Origin: Sulfitobacter sp.
GTDB lineage: Bacteria; Pseudomonadota; Alphaproteobacteria; Rhodobacterales; Rhodobacteraceae
Direction: 5' to 3'
Length of the DNA: 64,000 nucleotides
Assembly: GCA_029252045.1 (NCBI GenBank)
Contig: JAQXCD010000004.1
Location: forward strand, 5,675 to 69,674
Shown here piece after piece: positions 62,158 to 64,000 of this stretch. Each line of letters starts with the position of its first letter. Within the stretch, counting starts at the first letter, position 1. Under the pieces are notes generated by a model. The model ran no database searches and was not told where the DNA came from. It saw only the letters and a list, made by a program, of their open reading frames with translations. Both the position numbers and the translations under genes were made by a program.

Positions 62158-63237
62158 TTACTGGCCGATGCTGGACGGGGCCACTGTGGTGGCCTTGAGC
62201 ACGGCATAGATTTGCGCACCTGCGCGCAGGTCCATCGCGGCCACGGCGCGCCGTGTGATGCGGGCAAGCAAGATGTCACTTCCCGCTTGCAGGGCAATGG
62301 CGGCCCCCGGTCCGTCGCCTTGATGGATCGCCTTCACGGCCACTGGCAGTATGTTCAGCGCGCTGAGGCCGATAGGCTTTTCACGCGACAGCATTACGTC
62401 TTGTGCCATGATCCGCAGGCGGACGCGCGCGCCCACGGGCGCATGTACCCCGGGCAGCTCCAGCATTCCTGCGCTGATGCGCAATCGGGACAGCCCGTCA
62501 TCCGCGTGGCTGACCACTTCGGCCTCAATCACGGCACCTGCCTCGCGGACGCCCAGCAGCGGCACGGCGGCAGGATCTGCCATGACGTCGCGCAGCGCGC
62601 CTTGGGCCGCGATGCGCCCGTCTTTGAGTAGGACCAGCGTGTCGGCAAGGCGGGTAATCTCGTCCACGGCATGGCTGACATAGAGGATCGGCAGGCGCAG
62701 TGGGCCGTCGCGCAAATGCTCCAGATAGGGCAGGATTTCCTGTTTGCGCGCGCTATCAAGGCTGGCCAGCGGCTCGTCCATCAGCAGCATGCGCGGGCCG
62801 CTGAGCAGGGCGCGGCCAAGGGCAACGCGCTGTTTCTCGCCGCCCGACAGGGTGGCAGGGCGGCGGCCCAGCAGGGCAGCAAGGCCAAGCAGCGAGATCA
62901 CGTCGTCGCGTGGAACTTTTGCGCCGCGCGGGGCGTAGCGCGTTCCGAAATCAAGGTTTTGCGCCACAGTGAGGTGGGGAAACAGGCGTGCATCCTGAAA
63001 CACGGTGCCAAAGCGGCGCTTGTGTGGTGGCGTGTGGATGCCGCGGGCTGTGTCCATCAGCGTCTCGCCATCAACTTCCAGCAAGCCCGTGTCAGGGCGC
63101 AGCAAGCCTGCTACGGCGTTGATTACTGTGCTTTTACCAGCGCCGGAGCGGCCAAAAAGGGCAGTGATGCCGCCGCCCGCCTGCATGTCCAGATCAAGGG
63201 TGAACGCCCCGAAGCTATGTTTCAGGCGCAGTTTCAT
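62158..63237 (-). CDS. modC: Molybdate ABC transporter ATP-binding protein
   Basis: GRSGAGKST, LSGGEKQRVA, LMDEP and C-terminal TOBE/mop domain. Confidence 0.93.
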   Translation of the reverse strand: MKLRLKHSFGAFTLDLDMQAGGGITALFGRSGAGKSTVINAVAGLLRPDTGLLEVDGETLMDTARGIHTPPHKRRFGTVFQDARLFPHLTVAQNLDFGTRYAPRGAKVPRDDVISLLGLAALLGRRPATLSGGEKQRVALGRALLSGPRMLLMDEPLASLDSARKQEILPYLEHLRDGPLRLPILYVSHAVDEITRLADTLVLLKDGRIAAQGALRDVMADPAAVPLLGVREAGAVIEAEVVSHADDGLSRLRISAGMLELPGVHAPVGARVRLRIMAQDVMLSREKPIGLSALNILPVAVKAIHQGDGPGAAIALQAGSDILLARITRRAVAAMDLRAGAQIYAVLKATTVAPSSIGQ

Positions 63238-63926
63238 GTTGAACCTGCAATGCGGGCAGCCACGCGGCGGGCGAGGAACTCGGACAGGAGCACCGCCCCC
63301 AGTGCCACAACACAAGACAGCAGTGCCAGGGCGGCGGCGGCCCCTTCGCCACCCGGAATTTGCAGGGCCGTCCAGATGGCAATGGGCAGGGTCTGGGTCT
63401 GGCCCGGAATGTTGGCAACAAAGGTGATGGTGGCACCGAATTCGCCCATGGCTTTGGCGAAGCCCATGACCGCGCCTGCAAGGATGCCGGGTGCAATCAG
63501 GGGCAAGGTGACGCGGGTGAACACGCTTGCGCGGGAGGCGCCGAGGGTGGCGGCGGCATGCTCCAGCTTGGGGTCCACGGCCTCGATCGCGAGGCGCATG
63601 GCGCGCACCATCAGGGGAAACCCCATGACGATGGCGGCCAGTACGGCACCCGTCCATTTGAAGGCGAGCGTCAGGCCGATCGCACCGAGGGCGGCACCCG
63701 CAGGGGCGTTGGGCGCAAACAGCACCAGCAGGATATAGCCCGTCACAACAGGGGGCAGCACCAGCGGCAGGTGAACAACTGCGTTGAGCAGGGATTTTCC
63801 GAAAAACTCACGCCGCGCCAAGACCCATGCCACCGCCAGCGCCAGCGGCACGGCGATGACGGTCGCCCAGACAGCGACCCAGAGCGACAGGCGCAAAGCC
63901 TCCCAAGCGACGGCGTCCAGCGTCAC
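63234..63926 (-). CDS. modB: Molybdate ABC transporter permease
   Basis: HLPLVLPPVVTGY, FPLMVRA, GEFGATI and GQTQTLP motifs. Confidence 0.94.
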   Translation of the reverse strand: MTLDAVAWEALRLSLWVAVWATVIAVPLALAVAWVLARREFFGKSLLNAVVHLPLVLPPVVTGYILLVLFAPNAPAGAALGAIGLTLAFKWTGAVLAAIVMGFPLMVRAMRLAIEAVDPKLEHAAATLGASRASVFTRVTLPLIAPGILAGAVMGFAKAMGEFGATITFVANIPGQTQTLPIAIWTALQIPGGEGAAAALALLSCVVALGAVLLSEFLARRVAARIAGST

Positions 63927-64000
63927 GGGGCAAATCCGTGTTTGGCAAAGATTGCAGCCGCTTGCGGGGTGGAGAGAAGCGCGACAAAGGCGCGGCCTGC
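63923..64000 (-). CDS. modA: Molybdate-binding protein, C-terminal end only (partial)
   Basis: AGRAFVALLSTPQAAAIFAKHGFAP* overlaps the modB start. Confidence 0.75.
   Translation of the reverse strand, partial: AGRAFVALLSTPQAAAIFAKHGFAP

Noticed and set aside
79-63738. Many long antisense or alternate-frame ORFs (e.g. 18102-19376, 1667-2710, 38318-39322, 60917-62020, 62671-63738)
   Set aside because: These are shadow ORFs expected opposite high-GC coding genes; they have no family motifs or ribosome binding sites.

Overview
64 kb of a Roseobacter-group (Rhodobacterales) chromosome; the taxon is inferred from gene content and order. The backbone is mostly intact housekeeping: prmA, ruvCAB-ybgC-tolQRAB-pal-cpoB-tilS-ftsH, fhs-folD, a ligase-associated helicase with pdeM, scoAB, topA, tldD, the coxB-cyoE-ctaG-coxC-SURF1-thrC block, apt, mtnP, SulP, rpsU and modABC. 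Three things stand out. (1) An intact, lower-GC ~6 kb insert between rpsU and an RsmJ-like gene carries a LysR regulator facing a five-gene operon (DUF1185, alpha/beta hydrolase, flavin reductase, luciferase-like monooxygenase, aldehyde dehydrogenase). This matches the trigonelline (Tgn) / homarine-type N-methylpyridinium betaine catabolic pathways, and the insert is flanked by a 10-bp direct repeat. (2) About ten dispensable genes carry lesions while core ORFs are uninterrupted: in-frame stops, frameshifts, an in-frame deletion in a lytic transglycosylase, and an apparent multi-kb deletion of the Tad pilus core right after cpaB. dprA is also damaged. This points to ongoing genome erosion, although some 1-nt indels could be sequencing errors. 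(3) Several intergenic structured repeats are present, notably a 196-bp element with perfect 24-bp terminal inverted repeats and an internal CtrA-type box. No rRNA, tRNA, CRISPR array, transposase or integrase was recognised. Homology statements come from recalled family motifs, not from database searches.
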